Notes under the pieces: generated by a model
The model's input: the letters and a program-made list of their open reading frames with translations, nothing else
The model's database searches: none
Told to the model about the DNA's origin: nothing
Shown here: positions 47,637-62,990 of the stretch, piece by piece
Position numbering within the stretch: position 1 is the stretch's first letter
Layout: the number at the start of each line of letters is the position of its first letter
Translations under genes and position numbers: made by a program
From: the human T2T-CHM13v2.0 reference genome, Homo sapiens
Length of the DNA stretch: 64,000 bases
Direction: 5' to 3' (one strand)
Assembly: GCF_009914755.1 (NCBI RefSeq)
Contig: NC_060933.1

Positions 47637-47995
47637 CAGGGGTAGATAGTTTTTTGCGTAAAGGCTACATAGTAAATATTAATATTTTAGACATTGTAGG
47701 CCAAAGGGTAAAATAGAGAAAATTGTGCAGGTGCTTACATAATAAGAGAGAAAAAAATTCTACTCAATTTTGTATAATTAAAATTCAAAATACAACTGAA
47801 TATATATATATGTTTTAAAATACAGGCTTACTAATAAAAATGGAATTTTTGTATAAATGCTGACGTTTGAATTTCATTTAGTTTTCATGCCACAAAATAT
47901 TATTCTTTTATTTACAAACATTTAAAAATATAAAATAACTTCTTAGCCCATGAGCTAAATAAAAATAGGGTGGGCTATAATTTGCCAACTCTTCC
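47637..47995. mobile_element. MER58-family/Charlie DNA transposon
   Basis: cagggg...gtaaaggctacatagtaaatatt...tttgccaactc. Confidence 0.55.
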
Positions 47996-48037
47996 TACAG
48001 ACATGTTTCTGCCTCCTTATAAAGAATACCCATTTAT

Positions 48038-48320
48038 GGTTGGGCACAATGGCTTATGCCGTAATCCCAGCTCTTTGGGAGACCGAGGCGGGAGGATCAT
48101 TTGAGCCCAGGAATTCAGGATCAGCCTGGGAAATATAGCAAGAACCTGTCTCTACAAAAATATTTTTAAAAATTAGTGGGGTTTGATGCATGTGCCTGTA
48201 GTCCCAGCTACTCAGGACCCTGAGGTAGGAGAATCACTTGAGCCTGGGAAGTCGAGGCTGCAGTGAGCCCTGAGGGTGCCATTGCACCAAAGCCTCAGTG
48301 ACAGAGTGAGGCTTTGTCTC

Positions 48321-48359
<39 letters not shown>

Positions 48360-48424
48360 AACACATATGTATATGTATGCATATAAACACATATAAACAT
48401 ACATACATATATACATACATATAT
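48038..48424 (+). mobile_element. AluJ with tail expanded into (TA)n/(TACA)n microsatellite
   Basis: TSD-like atacccatttat / atacccctttat. Confidence 0.9.
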
Positions 48425-48432
48425 ATACCCCT

Positions 48433-48563
48433 TTATGTACTTTGCATGAGATTATCATGATCAAACATTCCTCTTCCCGGCTGCCACTCTGCTTGCTCTA
48501 AGGCAGTCTTCACCTGTCTTTTATCCTGAAGGTCCACATGAGCTGTTTTGTAACTATGAAAAC
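48433..48563 (-). CDS. TRPM3: Candidate alternative terminal exon of TRPM3 ([43 protein letters not shown])
   Basis: Acceptor cttgactcttttcctgccag|GTTTT. Open for 42 full codons in the same phase as the 175-nt exon acceptor; TAA at 48435-48433. Confidence 0.5.
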
Positions 48564-48580
48564 CTGGCAGGAAAAGAGTC

Positions 48581-48913
48581 AAGACAGTCCCTCACTTAGA
48601 ATGATTCAACTTGCAATTTTTCAACTTTGCAGTGATGCAAAAGTGATACATATTTAGTAGAAATCATACTTCTAGTACTCATACCACCATTCGTCTTTCA
48701 TTTTCAATAAATTACATGAAATATTCAACACTTTGTTATATAATAGACTTTGTGTTAGATGATTGTACCCATGTGTTGGCTCATGTAAACGCTCTGGGTA
48801 CATTTAAGTAAGCTAGGCTGTGCTACGATGTTTGGCAAGTTGTGTATTAGCTGTGTTTTCAACTTAAAATCGTTTGATTGGACATAACCCCATCATAATT
48901 GGAGCAGCGTCTG
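48581..48913 (-). mobile_element. MER47A-like Tigger-family element
   Basis: Reverse strand begins cagacgctgctcca...atgatggggttatgtcc. Confidence 0.7.
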
Positions 48914-49744
48914 TACTTGGACTTGAGGGTCCTTCATATGAGAATTTGGGATAGCAGATTTTTTTTTTTAAGTGGGACTTTAAGATGAACTATTCAGGTC
49001 AATGCTGAGTGCAGTCCCAATACCCTGTTTAGTGTCAGGAGGGGCTTCCTTTCCAGCATAACTCATGATCGTGTGGGAAGACTGTTTACTATATGGGAAG
49101 CTACTCTCCATCTCTCACGTAAAGAGAAAAGGAGTCACCTGTGTGGTTTATCAAGAAACTTCACCCTGATAATGAAGGGCTTAAATCAGGTCTTTCCAAA
49201 GGTCTAAGACCCAGGGCAGAGAGAGCAATCACTCCTCTCTGAATATCCCCAGCTTCTGGAGAGCAGCACCACCTTCTACATTCCAATGAGGCTTGGCCTT
49301 TTGCCTGCTCCCTTCCTGGCAACATGGACCCCAAGACTTGCTTGATTGCAGTGGGCCTTCCTGAAGGGCTTTGCCCCTCACCACTCCCATCTCCATCCTG
49401 CACTCTGGAAGCCTTGGCTAGTCTCACTCTCTCGGAGGAGGCTTTTCCTTAGGCTTTGGGCTGCCTGTTTGCATCTGGGCAGAATCTTCTGTATTCTCAT
49501 TCTCAGTTTCTGCTTTCTAGGTCCATGATTGTCTTTTTCCCCATGTGCCTGCTGGCTCCCGTCGACTCCCACTTTCCCTGATTCACTCTCAGCATGTGCT
49601 GCTCTATCTATTTTATCTCCCTGCTACTGTAAACCCCCACAGCCTTGCTGGACTTTACAAAGCTAACGACATATAAGCTGGAGCCATTCACATCCTAGAA
49701 GGGCAGAAATGCATCTTGACATATGTTGATACATAAAAAGTATA

Positions 49745-50076
49745 CAGTTGGCCTTCTGCATCCGTGGGTTCTACATCTGTGGCCTCAACTAACAAAAGAT
49801 CAAAAATATTCTGAAAAAAAATTATTCCTATACTGAATACATACAGACATTTTTCTTTGTCCTCATTCCCTAAACAATAAAGCGTAACGACTATTGATGT
49901 AGCATTTACATTATATTAGGTACCATAAGTAATCTAGGGGTTATTTAAGATATCTGGAAGGGTGTGCATAGCCTATATGAAAACACTATTTTATACAAGG
50001 GACTTGAGCATCCTCAGATTTTGGTATCTGTGGGAGATTTTGGAACCAATCCCCCATGGACATTGAGGGGTGTTTG
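49745..50076 (+). mobile_element. MER2 Tigger-family element
   Basis: cagttggccttctgcatccgtgggttc ... gggacttgagcatcc ... ggaaccaatccccc. Confidence 0.85.
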
Positions 50077-51712
50077 CATATTGATATTCTATACAGCATT
50101 TAATACACAGAGTAGGTATATAATTCACAAAACTGTTTTGAATAATACATGAATTATTATTTATAAAGCACTTAGAGCCTGGCACTTAAGAGTTTTATGC
50201 TTAAACACAAATATAAAGATGCTTATTTATATCTATTAAGCTTATACAAAGTTTCTCGTTTGAATGTATAAATGATTCATGAAGAGAAAAGAAAAATGAA
50301 TGCATTTTACACATTTAAACTGAAAGAAGGCTCTGGCAAACAAATAATTTGAAATAGCCTTCTCCAAAGTTTGAATACCCTCTTATGCAGACTGATAATA
50401 TGCCAAATTATCCAATTCCCTTCTCGTGTGTCCAAAAGGCTAACTCTTCCTGCTTTGGGATAGGTGGCCTTTTGCATCACGCCCCGAACGTCTTCCCCCA
50501 GGGGCCTCTCCTTATTCATCAACCAGCTTGTTAAGTCTTTCGAGTTCTGTGGGTTGGAAGGAGATGTAAATGCTAAATAACAAAACCCATAAACCAACTC
50601 CAAGTGTATTATATACCCAGACGATAACTTAGCTTTTTACATAATCAATGGGAGCTGTTATTCCCTTGTGGCCAGATGGCTCTGATTGAAATATTCTGCT
50701 ATTAATGTCAATACATTACCAGGACATCCAAGCAGCATTCCTCTGAATAATTTCAATAGAAAAAGGATGGCCAATCCCTTGGGCTGTAAGACAAGTATTA
50801 TTTTCATAAAAGGGAAAAGCCAACATTATTTTCTTTGGAGCCATTGTTTGAAGGCTGAATCTTTTAATGTAATCGATCTAAGTCTACAAGAAAACTCTCC
50901 CAAACAAAGCTCTAGTCTTAGTCTCTGCTCTGTGCAAAACCCACATCAAAAGTCAGATGTTGCCTTCTCAGATGTAATCAGGGTGGTTTTAGCTCATTTT
51001 ACTTTATAATACGCTACCCATGTTCCCCTGCAAATGTTCCAGGATCTAAGTCCATAGCCCATACAAGTTCCTTGGCTTCTTGACAAAATTAATAAGGAGC
51101 AAAGCAGCTAAGGGAATTATGGATCGGAAAATCACAGAAAAGACCTGGCCCATGTTTCAGGGACGAGCTAGGCAGGAAGGTGGATGGTTGCAGTGAGGGA
51201 AATGTTGCTGGTGGTATGCATGTTAATTTGCTTTTTTCAAATTATAAAAATAATTTTTGTCTTTGTACCTACTGAAAGAGACAGCAATTACTTCTACCTG
51301 TCCCAAATGCAAAAAGCTCCATTTTCTCTTCAAGGAATTTTGTTTTTGATGTTGTCTCTGCGAGGAACATATTCATCCTTCAGGTCCCAGGTTCAAAGAC
51401 ATTCTCATTGTGTGTTCTCATAGCATTTTCTTTTTAAAAGAAGCACATGCCAATGAACATCCTTTATAAATTTGTCAATCAACTATGATGGTATTAAAGA
51501 AAAACTTCTTATAGTGCCTTACATATAGCTTTTGAAGTTTTATCACATTAATTACATGAGTAATGACTTTTGATGTGGGTTTTGAACAGAGCAGAGATGT
51601 CTAGGCATCTCTTTTCTCTATTAGGTATTTATTTCTGTATTACCAACATATCATACAATGCTCTACATGTCGTAGTTGCTCTCTGACATTTGGGGTACAA
51701 AGGAAGGCAGGG

Positions 51713-52133
<421 letters not shown>

Positions 52134-52918
52134 TCATGAAATCAGGAATTATACCAAATGCCCAGCGTCTGTGCTCATTGGTTTTCCTGTGGGCTACTGA
52201 GATTACTTCCTACCTGACTTCCCTAATATAATGATCTTCACTTAACTGCTAGCTGTCACTCACAATTACAGTCTTTCTGTAAAAATGTAGTGGGTTTTTA
52301 GGAAAGGCCCATTGTTTTTAGGAAAAGCCCACTCCTTTAGTGTGATATACAAGACTCTCCTTGTTCTGCACCCAACCTTCGTCTCCCCATCTCTTCCAGA
52401 GCTCTCTCTCTACCTGATCTGAGTCTCACCAGACTATCCTCACCATCTTCCATGCAGGATGATTTTTAAACTTTCCTTCAGCCACACCAATTTTCAGATG
52501 AGTATCTTTCCTCACTCCTGGTTTCAAGAGAAGGAATTTTTCCTATGCACACCCTTGGACGTTCTCTGCCCCTTTACTCACTTGGCCACCCGGTGAATTT
52601 GAAAAGACTAACGGTTTGCTCAGCTCTGCCTGGCTCTGCTTCTTCTTGGCATCTGCCTACTTTCAGAGAACCTGAGATCCCTCAGCTCCTCCAGGAACCC
52701 AGACCCTGAAGATGTGCAGTGAGGTGAGCAGGTGAAGACTCACCGTGGGATTCTGCCCAATTTTGGAGTGTCATTAAACCCACTTGGCCAATAAAACTAA
52801 AGTCCCATCTGTTCACTTGTCCACTATAAGTAATTTTCAGTCATATCTTGGGTTCCACCAAGTACTTCTTTTATTTCTCAAATTGGTCAGAACTTGGATG
52901 CAGAAAAGGAGTACTATT

Positions 52919-53221
52919 TCTTTCTTTCTTTATATCTTGAGATAGGGTCTCACTCCATCACCCAGGTTGGAGTGCAGTGGCATGATCTTGGCTCACTGCC
53001 GCCTCGACTTCCCAGGCTCAACCGATCCTCCAACATCAGCCTACAGAGTAGCTGAGACCACAGGCAGGCACCACCACACCCGGCTAATTTCTATATTTTG
53101 TGTAGAGACAGAGTTTCGCCATGTTGCCCAGGCTGGTCTAGAACTCCTGGGCTCAAGTGATCTGCCTGCCTTGACCTCTCAAAGTTTTGGGATTACAGGT
53201 GTGAACCACCATGCCTGGGCC
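52919..53221 (-). mobile_element. AluJ
   Basis: TSD gtactattt. Confidence 0.9.
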
Positions 53222-55333
53222 CCTCGGGGTACTATTTACTTTAGCCCCTCAGAGACCCCTAAGTCAAACTTCATAGTTCAAATATTACCAGTTCCTGAGG
53301 CCCTTTTTAACTTCCTCAGCAAGTATTAATTATTCATTACTTTATGATCCCATTTTTTTAAAAGAATGTCTTTTGGTGATTATTGTATTCTGCCTTGCTT
53401 TAAGGAGAGCTTCTTCCACTTAACTGTAAGTAAGCTCATTCTGACAGACTCCCCAGCCCTCTCAGATAACATTCTGGTTCTTACAGTGCCTCACACTCAA
53501 AAGGTAGTTTAAATACATGCTTGTGAAGTAAAACAAAAATAAAAAGGTACAATGCTTAGGATCATACCTTAGGACTAGAAGAGCTAAAGGGACAGGAATA
53601 ACGTGATAATCATTAAGGGGTTGCCTGTCATACCTCAACACTGTTGGAAGGTATCCTGCTGAAATGGAGATGACAGCCATTTGGGTGGCTTCATGGTGTC
53701 CTTTTACAGGCCTTAACTACGGGGCCTCAGCAGTGGTCAGAGACCTAGAGAAGAACATGCTGAGTGCCTTGGGTGGGTGTTTCCATTTCACCTGTCCATC
53801 TGGATTACATCTGAAAGAGCCCAGATTCTTAGGGACTCGAACAGCCAATTTCAGTTCAGCTGTCCTGCACTTTTAAATTGAAGCCTCAAATTGAAGCCTC
53901 ATTGTTTCTCAGAATTGAACCCAGCTAAAGCGACAAAGTATCTCGGTCACCAGGGAGAAAACATTAACAAAGGTTTACATTCTTCCCCTTGCTGGAAGGA
54001 TGTCTACAAAACTATTATTTCCTCCAGCGGAAATGAACAGGAACTATATGACTGAAATGGAAACCTAATTCTGTTCCCACTGAGGTGATTGGTATGTTTT
54101 CACAGCTCAAGTGCTGTAAGCTAGGGGTGACCTTCATTCACCACCAAGGTCATTAAAGTAACCATTATCAATCATAGATGAGACAAAGGAAAGGCAATGA
54201 TTATTCTGGATCTAGTAATGGTATTTCATCCAATTTCTGATCCACAGTTGGGAAAAGTGATAAATTGTTATTTGATTATCTGGACATCTTTTGAGAAAAA
54301 TAACTTGTTAAGTCTAATCTGATCGAATCTTTCCTGTGACTAAATCCTCAGTGAGAAATATGGGTGACAACACTGTGGGGAACCTTCTTTCCTCTGGAAA
54401 AGGAGCTCCCTCCTTGTTTCCATGTGCAGGGAGCTCCATTAGAATGGCACATCTAGCCTCTTGTCTTTCCTTTACTTCTCTCCACATATAGAATTGAATA
54501 ACCTGATAGTTGGTGACTATTGTGTTTCTTGATTGGATAGAGCTAATCCTGCAGTAATGGGAAAATTAGCTTATTTCTTCCTTTCCCTCCAGGGACCAGT
54601 GCCAGTCAGTCATCTTGGTAAAAAATGTCTGCTACAGACCCATCTTTCTTCTCTGGTGGGGTTTCTTGGAGCTGAGGCAGGCCAGCAAATCCATTTGACC
54701 CTCACACTAAGTCATTAACTCCAACAACTTCATCATTAATAAAAATGATATTTTGATCTCCACCTGCCTGACTCTCTAGCTCTCAGTCAATTTGAAGACT
54801 TGATACTTGATTGTATCCAGTCAAGAGTGGGATACAGTTTACTGGGTCTCTCCAAACTCCAATACCACGAACTGCAATACAGTCATTTCTGTTTCTGACA
54901 TTTGCTTTGCAGCAGCATTGAACAAAGTTGAGCCTCTGGTTCAACACTGAACATGAACTATTTTTTTCAAGTACAAATATGACTTTCTCTGAAAGACAAT
55001 TTTTTCTTGATGTCCTTAATACATGTCTTAGAAAGAAAAAACAACTGCAACATGGCAACATGTTAAAAAAGGTCATTACAAATGGAACTAAAACAAAGTT
55101 GCTTGTGAATTTCTGGGTTGTAGTGGATGATTTAATGTAATGAAGTCCACTGGGCCAGTTGAATGTAGATAGTTTATACCTGTCATCCCAGAGTAATTAT
55201 TCTGGATGAATTAATATTATTCTCTCTCCCTAAGGGGAAGTAGCCATTGCTGAGCACCTGCCGGGTGTCAGGCACTCAGCCAGGTGGGTTGCATATCTTA
55301 CTCAATCTGCTCAACAACCTTCTGATAGAGATA

Positions 55334-55756
55334 TAGTTGACCCTTGAACAACATGGGTTTGAACTGCATGGGGCCACTTATATGTAGATTTTCTTCTACC
55401 TCTGCCACTTCATGAGACAGCAAGACCAACCCTCCTCTTCTTCTTTCTTCTCAGCCTACTCAGTATGAAGATGATGAGGATGAAGACCTTCATGATGACC
55501 CACTTCTACTTAGTGAATAGTAATATATTTTCTTTTCCTCTTCCTTATTATTTTCTTAATATGATTTCCTTTAGCTTACTTTATTGTAAGAATACAGTAT
55601 ATAATATACAAAATATGTGTTAATTGGTGGTTTATGTTATAGATAAGACTTCTGATCAACAGTAGGCTATCAATAGTATTTTTTTTTGAGAAGTCGAAAG
55701 TTACACACGAATTTTTGACTAACCCTCTAAGGGCAGCATTGTTCAAGGGTCAACTC
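55334..55756 (+). mobile_element. Tigger2a inserted in a MIR (about 55222-55890)
   Basis: agttgacccttgaacaac ... gttcaagggtcaact; MIR text continues on both sides. Confidence 0.85.
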
Positions 55757-56779
55757 TATGGTTATTTCCATTTTACAGTTAAGCAAACTGAGGCATAAAG
55801 GATAAATTGCAAAATTCACACAACTAGTAAGTGTCAGAAATGGGTTTCAAGCAAAGTCCTGTTAGGAAATCTACAGTCTGAATTCTTGGTGCTCTACTGA
55901 GTTGTCTCTCACTGAGGTGACCACAGAATTTATCATACAATTAGGACATACTTGCAAGTGAAGGGGTCATTATTAATAATTACTCTGGGATGAAAGGTAT
56001 AAACTAGAGTTATTTAATCCTGAACAAATCAGTATATACAGTCACTCTACCTTGCTCATACCTTAGGGTCTCAAACTGGTTTCTGGTAGCTTTTAAATAT
56101 AGATACAAATCTCAAATATTTAAAAAGGGACCTGAGTTTATTCATTGCTTCTTGTCTTTCTGGCTTAGAAGGGCCAAGGCTCACCGTTGCCCCTCCCTGG
56201 TTTCCTGGGATCAAGTTTCTCGCTCCGTCTAAATCACAGCTGTTCATTATCAGAGCTATTTCTTTCTCTAGCTACATGGAAATGAAGCTCCAGGGAAGGA
56301 TTAGATCATTAAGCAAAGGAAAACAGCAGCAATACAGCAGCACCTGCATAAATCTTATAAGGGGAAAATATAAATTAATTCTTTTTTTCATGTTCTAGCA
56401 TATCCTTGATGGTGCTGGAAATAAATCCCTTCTACTTTTCTCTCTTATAAATGAATGCCTCATCCAGAAATGAGATGATGAGGCATCAGGAGACAGTCAT
56501 GGCCTAGAGACATGCAATGGGTGCTTTGGGTCCTTAATCACTCGAGTATTTAACCTCATATCCTACTTTGTCTTGTCTGTGAAACAGCTACTTGCTTCTT
56601 TCTACTGCTGCCACCAAGGATCTATTTGATTGCAACAATAAGGGCTAATACCATTACTGTAGAAAGTAGACTATCTTAATGTTATAAATAAGAAAGTGGC
56701 ACTTTAAGGACTGCTCTTAAAACCCCGATTCTAATGTGCAAAAACTAATTTGTTCACTGAAAACTATCCCAAGAAGGGG

Positions 56780-56990
56780 TGTGTAGAAATCTCCACTTCA
56801 AATGTCTCTCAATTTTAGCACGCATCAGAATTCCCTGAAGGAGGAGCTATTAAAACACCCACACTGCTGGACCCCACCTCCAGAGCTTCTGATCAGCAGG
56901 TCTAGAATAAGACCTGAGAATGTACATTTCAAGGAAGTTTCCAAGTGATGCTATTGTTGCTGGTCCCAGGACCATACTTTGAGAACAGTG
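56780..56990. mobile_element. MER5A
   Basis: gcatcagaattccctg...ccccacctccagag...tggtcccaggaccatactttgagaa. Confidence 0.75.
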
Positions 56991-57149
56991 TCCTAGCGTA
57001 AAGCTGCAGGGAAAGGAGATTTTTGCCTGTGAAAAGAAGTGAAATCTAAAAAGTGCTTCCTGGAGCAAATTAATGCAAAAGTCCATGGAATGAGATTGAA
57101 ATAACCATGAACAATATTTTTTCCAGAAGTCTATTTTAAAGTCTAAACC

Positions 57150-57373
57150 AGGCATCAGCAAATTTTTTTCTATAAAGGGTCAAATAGCAAATATTTTCTG
57201 TTTTCAGGCCAGATGGACTCTTGTAACTACTCAACTCTGTGGTTACAGTGTGAAAGCAGCCAGAGACATCACATAAAGAATGAGCATGACTATGTTGCAA
57301 TAAAGCTTTACTTACAAAAACAGATGATGGCATGCTGGATTTGGCCCACTAGTTGTAGTTTGTTCACCTCTGG
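57150..57373. mobile_element. MER58A
   Basis: cagcaaattttttctataaagggtcaaatagcaaatatttt...caataaagctttacttacaaaaacag. Confidence 0.8.
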
Positions 57374-57898
57374 GTTTAATGTGATAAATTACATAAGGAA
57401 ACATATATTAGTCTGTTAAGTCTGAGTGTGCCTGTGATCAATGAGAAACTAACCAAGTTGGAAATCTGGCTGTATAAGCCAATTTTTGATGCCTATTTTG
57501 GTTGTACAGGATTGATACAATAAGCACTCTTATTATAGAGGCAAAGAGTGGGAGACATGCACCATTCTTGCAATTCAGTCCCTAAAACTAGCCGTTTGGG
57601 ACTATTTGAAAACAAACATGCTACGATTCGACCCTATTTTAATAGGGATTTCACTGCACTAGTAAAATTTGCCTAGCTATATATTTAGTACATTTACTAT
57701 TTGGTGCTTTGCCTAAAAGTAAAGAATATCTTTTCTGTGTAGCAGGCTAATTTATTGAGCTGTTAATTAATTCAGGTTTTGTTTTCCATTTGTTTTTCCT
57801 TCTTCTCATTTCAAAAGAGGCCACTAGGGTGTCTATTCTCAGGAGAGGTTTGTGTTGCTGGCCAGAGCTGCTAGAAAACAGAACTTGCCTGGAGAAAT

Positions 57899-57937
<39 letters not shown>

Positions 57938-58277
57938 CCAACTCCACCAATTTTCTGAAGGGGAAGAAGAGAAGGGCAAGTGTCTTTGATGGGGGAGAAG
58001 TGGGAGCAGATGAGATGCGGAAGAAATGATCTGAGCCTTGGATGGGGGGCAAGAAGGGACTCGCAGCATCCTTGCATCCTTGACAGTCAGTCCCCAGGTC
58101 TCTTCCTACTTGGCCCGTCAGTAGCATTAGACACAGTTGACCATTTCATTCCTTCCTCTTGGAAATACACTCTTCACTTTGGCTTCCAGACAGTGTTGAA
58201 GGAAACCAGAATATTCCATTCTAAAATATGCCTCTTTGACATAAATATTTTTATGATACAATTTTTTAAAATTATAG

Positions 58278-58619
<342 letters not shown>

Positions 58620-58918
58620 GAGCTCCCCTTTTTTACCTATAGCAAGCCACAACAATTCCTGGAGTGCTTCTGCCTTGCCTCTGTTTACCTAAAAGCAGAA
58701 TTACGAAGACAAAAGGTCTTTCTACCCTCCTCACTCCCACCTCTCCCACCTGAAAATAAGATAGAAGTTCTCTTTGAACAGACCTTTATCACCTCAGAGA
58801 GGAGCTAGAGTGAGGAAGTCTTACTCCCCATCAATTTACCTTCCCACATTTTCCCACCTCTAGGAGACTAGGACTGCCTTCCTCTTTGCCTTGTCCCTTT
58901 CTCAAAATGTACTGTTCT

Positions 58919-59232
58919 GGCCAGGCATGGTGGCTCATGCCTGTAATCTCAGCACTTTGGGAGGCCGAGGCGGGTGGATCACTTGAGGCCACCAGTTCGA
59001 GATCAGCCTGACCAACATGGCAAAACCCTAGTTCTACAAAGAAAAAAAAATTAACTGGGCTTGGTGGCAGGCACCTGTAACCCCAGCTACTTGGGAGGCT
59101 GAGGCAGGAGAATCCCTTGAACTCAGGAGGCAGAGGTTGCACTGAGCCGAGATTGCACTACTGGGCAACAGAGCAAGACTCCATCTCAAAAACAAACAAA
59201 GAAACAAAACAAAACAAAACAAAACCCAAAAA
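58919..59232 (+). mobile_element. AluS
   Basis: TSD tactgttct; (AAAAC)n tail. Confidence 0.9.
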
Positions 59233-60183
59233 ACTACTGTTCTTTATTGGATATACTATGTAAGTAGACTTATAAACCACTGCTTTTGAACACATCCCTT
59301 GTGTGGTGTGCACTGCATGTGTTAATAAAGTTGTTTGTTTTTCTCTTTCTCTCATTAATTTCTTTTGTTATAGAGGTTTGTCTCAGCTACAAACTTACAA
59401 GGGTTAAAGAAAATTCTATTTTCTCCCCTTCAGTGCTCTCTCCCAGTTTCTCTGTTACCTCACTAGCTGCTCCTTCTTCCTCTTCTTTGCTATTTCCTCC
59501 TTACCTACCTGACGTCTGACACTAAGACTGTCCCAAAACTCAGTTCTTGGTTTCCTTTCCTCCCCTCCCCTTCCCTTCCCTTCTCTTCTCCCCTTGTCTT
59601 CCCCACGACTCTATTTGAAATTTCGGCTCCTACTCTGCACTCCCTTTCTGCCTTCTCTTCTTTCTATCTCTCCTTAGCCCTTACCACTATTCAATACACT
59701 ATATATTTTACTTATTTTCTATCCCCTCCCCTGCAAATGCAAGCTCCGTAAAAGCAGGAATTATGCAGGCAACTTGTCTGACAGGGACTGCTGTGAAGTC
59801 CACCATGGCATGCTGAACCTGAAGCTGCTGAACTCTGCTGGCCAGTGATGCCAGCTGCAGCCAGGGTCCCACTGGTTTTACTTTAGCATGGGAGTACCAG
59901 AGCCACCCACTTTGCAGAGATCAAGCAAGCTTGGACAATTATTTTATCAGTGGTTACTTTGGCTGACAAAAGTTAAGAGGCTCTATCTTAACATTCCAAG
60001 TACTCTGTAAGCACGAGAGAAGGAGCATGATCATGAAAGAGAGGGAGAAGAGAGGCAGAGGAAGGAGGAGGGTGGGGTGAGAGAGAGACTGGGGTGGGGG
60101 AGGTGGTGGTGGGGGGAGACAGAGAGAGACAGAGAGACAGAGAGAGACAGAGAGACCTAATGAAGGTTAAGATTGACTTTACC

Positions 60184-60525
<342 letters not shown>

Positions 60526-61281
60526 CTAAGTTTATGAACAATAATTCATACACCCTATAAGAGTTCTTATTACTTGAATAATGAAAAAAATAAACAAAAG
60601 AAAACAAATCCTGCTTTACATGTGCAAAAATAGAATCTAAGAATGGAAATAGAAAGATGAAGTGAACTTTCTACTTCTCCCCAAACTCTTCATGCAGGCA
60701 CACCATGTTTAATTGCTGCTTATTTCTCAGCCTCCCCCAGGATTTTATAATAAATTCTAACATGCACCAGAGTCAGTGTGCACTTCCTCTGTTCTCCCTT
60801 TGGGTGGAAGAAATGCTGCTAATGAGGAAGGGCTCAGCTCAGATTTGTTTGATGACCAGAAAAGCTGACTCTTCAATCTTCCTCCCTGTTTTAGCACAGG
60901 CACACCTGTTTTTTCACCCTGCCTCGTTCCAGCAGGAATTGCCCAGTACCCCATGTGAACCCAGCGACGCCAAGGCTCCTTAGCCAATGAGAGTTCTTCA
61001 TTCTTCTGCCTGCGATTTAGGACTTGAATGTTTGCCTGCTGGGCTGCAGCACGTGAAACTCATTACGCAGCTTTGAAACCTGGCCTCCAACACAGAAGGA
61101 GAACAGCCTGTTCATGAGGAGAAGTGCTGTTTGTTTCAGCTATGGGTGCCAAAAAAGAAAAAAAAATCAACTGTTCCTTATTTGGCCATTTTAGGGCATA
61201 AAATCTCTGTTTTCCTCATTTGCCTCAGGGGCTCATGATCCTGAGCTGGGATCTTAAGGGGTTCAAGGTTAACAAGTTTTT

Positions 61282-61658
<377 letters not shown>

Positions 61659-62439
61659 TTATAGTCATTTCCCAAGACTATATGAATGATTCTTCAGTTT
61701 TACATCCATTAGTTTCAATGACTTGACATGATCTAAATAATAATTTGAAGAGACAAATAATTATAAATCCTAAGAAGGGACTTTGAAGGGTCCTATGATA
61801 AAGTCCCTGGTTTTAAGATGATTATCTCAAGCAAATTAAAATCTCAGCTCACTTTTCTTTAAGATCCCCAGGGAATGAGACACCTTATCTTCCCTAAATA
61901 TATCTCACTATAAAACTGTTGATCATGGCAGAAAACTGCTCGGTCAGCATAAGTTTTCCCATTAATTTTATGTGTGTCTAACTTTCTAAAGTTAGCCATG
62001 CACTTCTACTAAATGGAATGATCCTGATCTGGACTGAAAAGCAACCATGGGCAATTATCATTTTGAATAAATGGAGGAAAATCAATAGTTATTTCTTTTT
62101 CCATGGAAATGGAAATACTGAGGCCACGGTGCACTGGCTGCTGTAAAATATGTATCATTAGACTCTCTAAATTCATAAGATATAAATGATTTACAACAAT
62201 CATAATTCAACAGGAACACAGTCAACTTTCTCAGACTAAATGCTTTTATGCCCATGAATTGGAAGTATGCATGATGGTCTTTGCTTGTACATGTTGCTAT
62301 TTATTTATCCTGAGTCTTTCTATGTCATTATTGCTTTATGATTTGTCCTTTTTTATAGCTTTTTAGTATCTAGTCGCTTCTATTACATCTTTGTGTCAGG
62401 TTGAAAATCAGAGCTAAAAATAAAGCCAGGGAAATCAAA

Positions 62440-62990
62440 CAGTGATGCTTATAATAACAAGTTATTGAGCACCTACTTGCATAGGCTAGGCACTATGCAA
62501 GGTTTTCAGAATGACCACAATGAATAAGACACAGGCTGTGCTCTATAGGATCTCACAATCTACAGAAGATGAGAGACTGTGAAGGCAGATGGGAGACTAT
62601 GAAGGCTCCATTCTACCAAAAGGAGCTGTATGTGGGAGAGGCTGATATAGAGCACAGCAAGAGCATGGAGGATGAGGTGAATGTGGGCCCAGGAGGATAC
62701 CAGGGTATGAGCTGGAGGGAATACTAGGGATGGGAGTTGTGGTAAGATTACAGAGAGGAGAAGATTTTTAATCTGAGACTTGAAGGAATTTAGGTTTTGG
62801 CCAGGTAGTTAGAGTGAGAAGAGAATGAAATTTTAGTAAATGTCAGAAAGAGACAAAACCACATCCAGTAGGGTATATCATTTAAGGGAAACTGTAAGTA
62901 TCTTGAAATGGATGGGACATACGATCTACATGGTGTTATGTTAGGAGAAGCTATAAAAACAGATGAAAAATATGAAAGGTAGTTAGCAAT
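62440..62990 (-). mobile_element. L2 3' fragment
   Basis: ttattgagcacctac...aggcactatgc...tgaataagacac. Confidence 0.6.
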
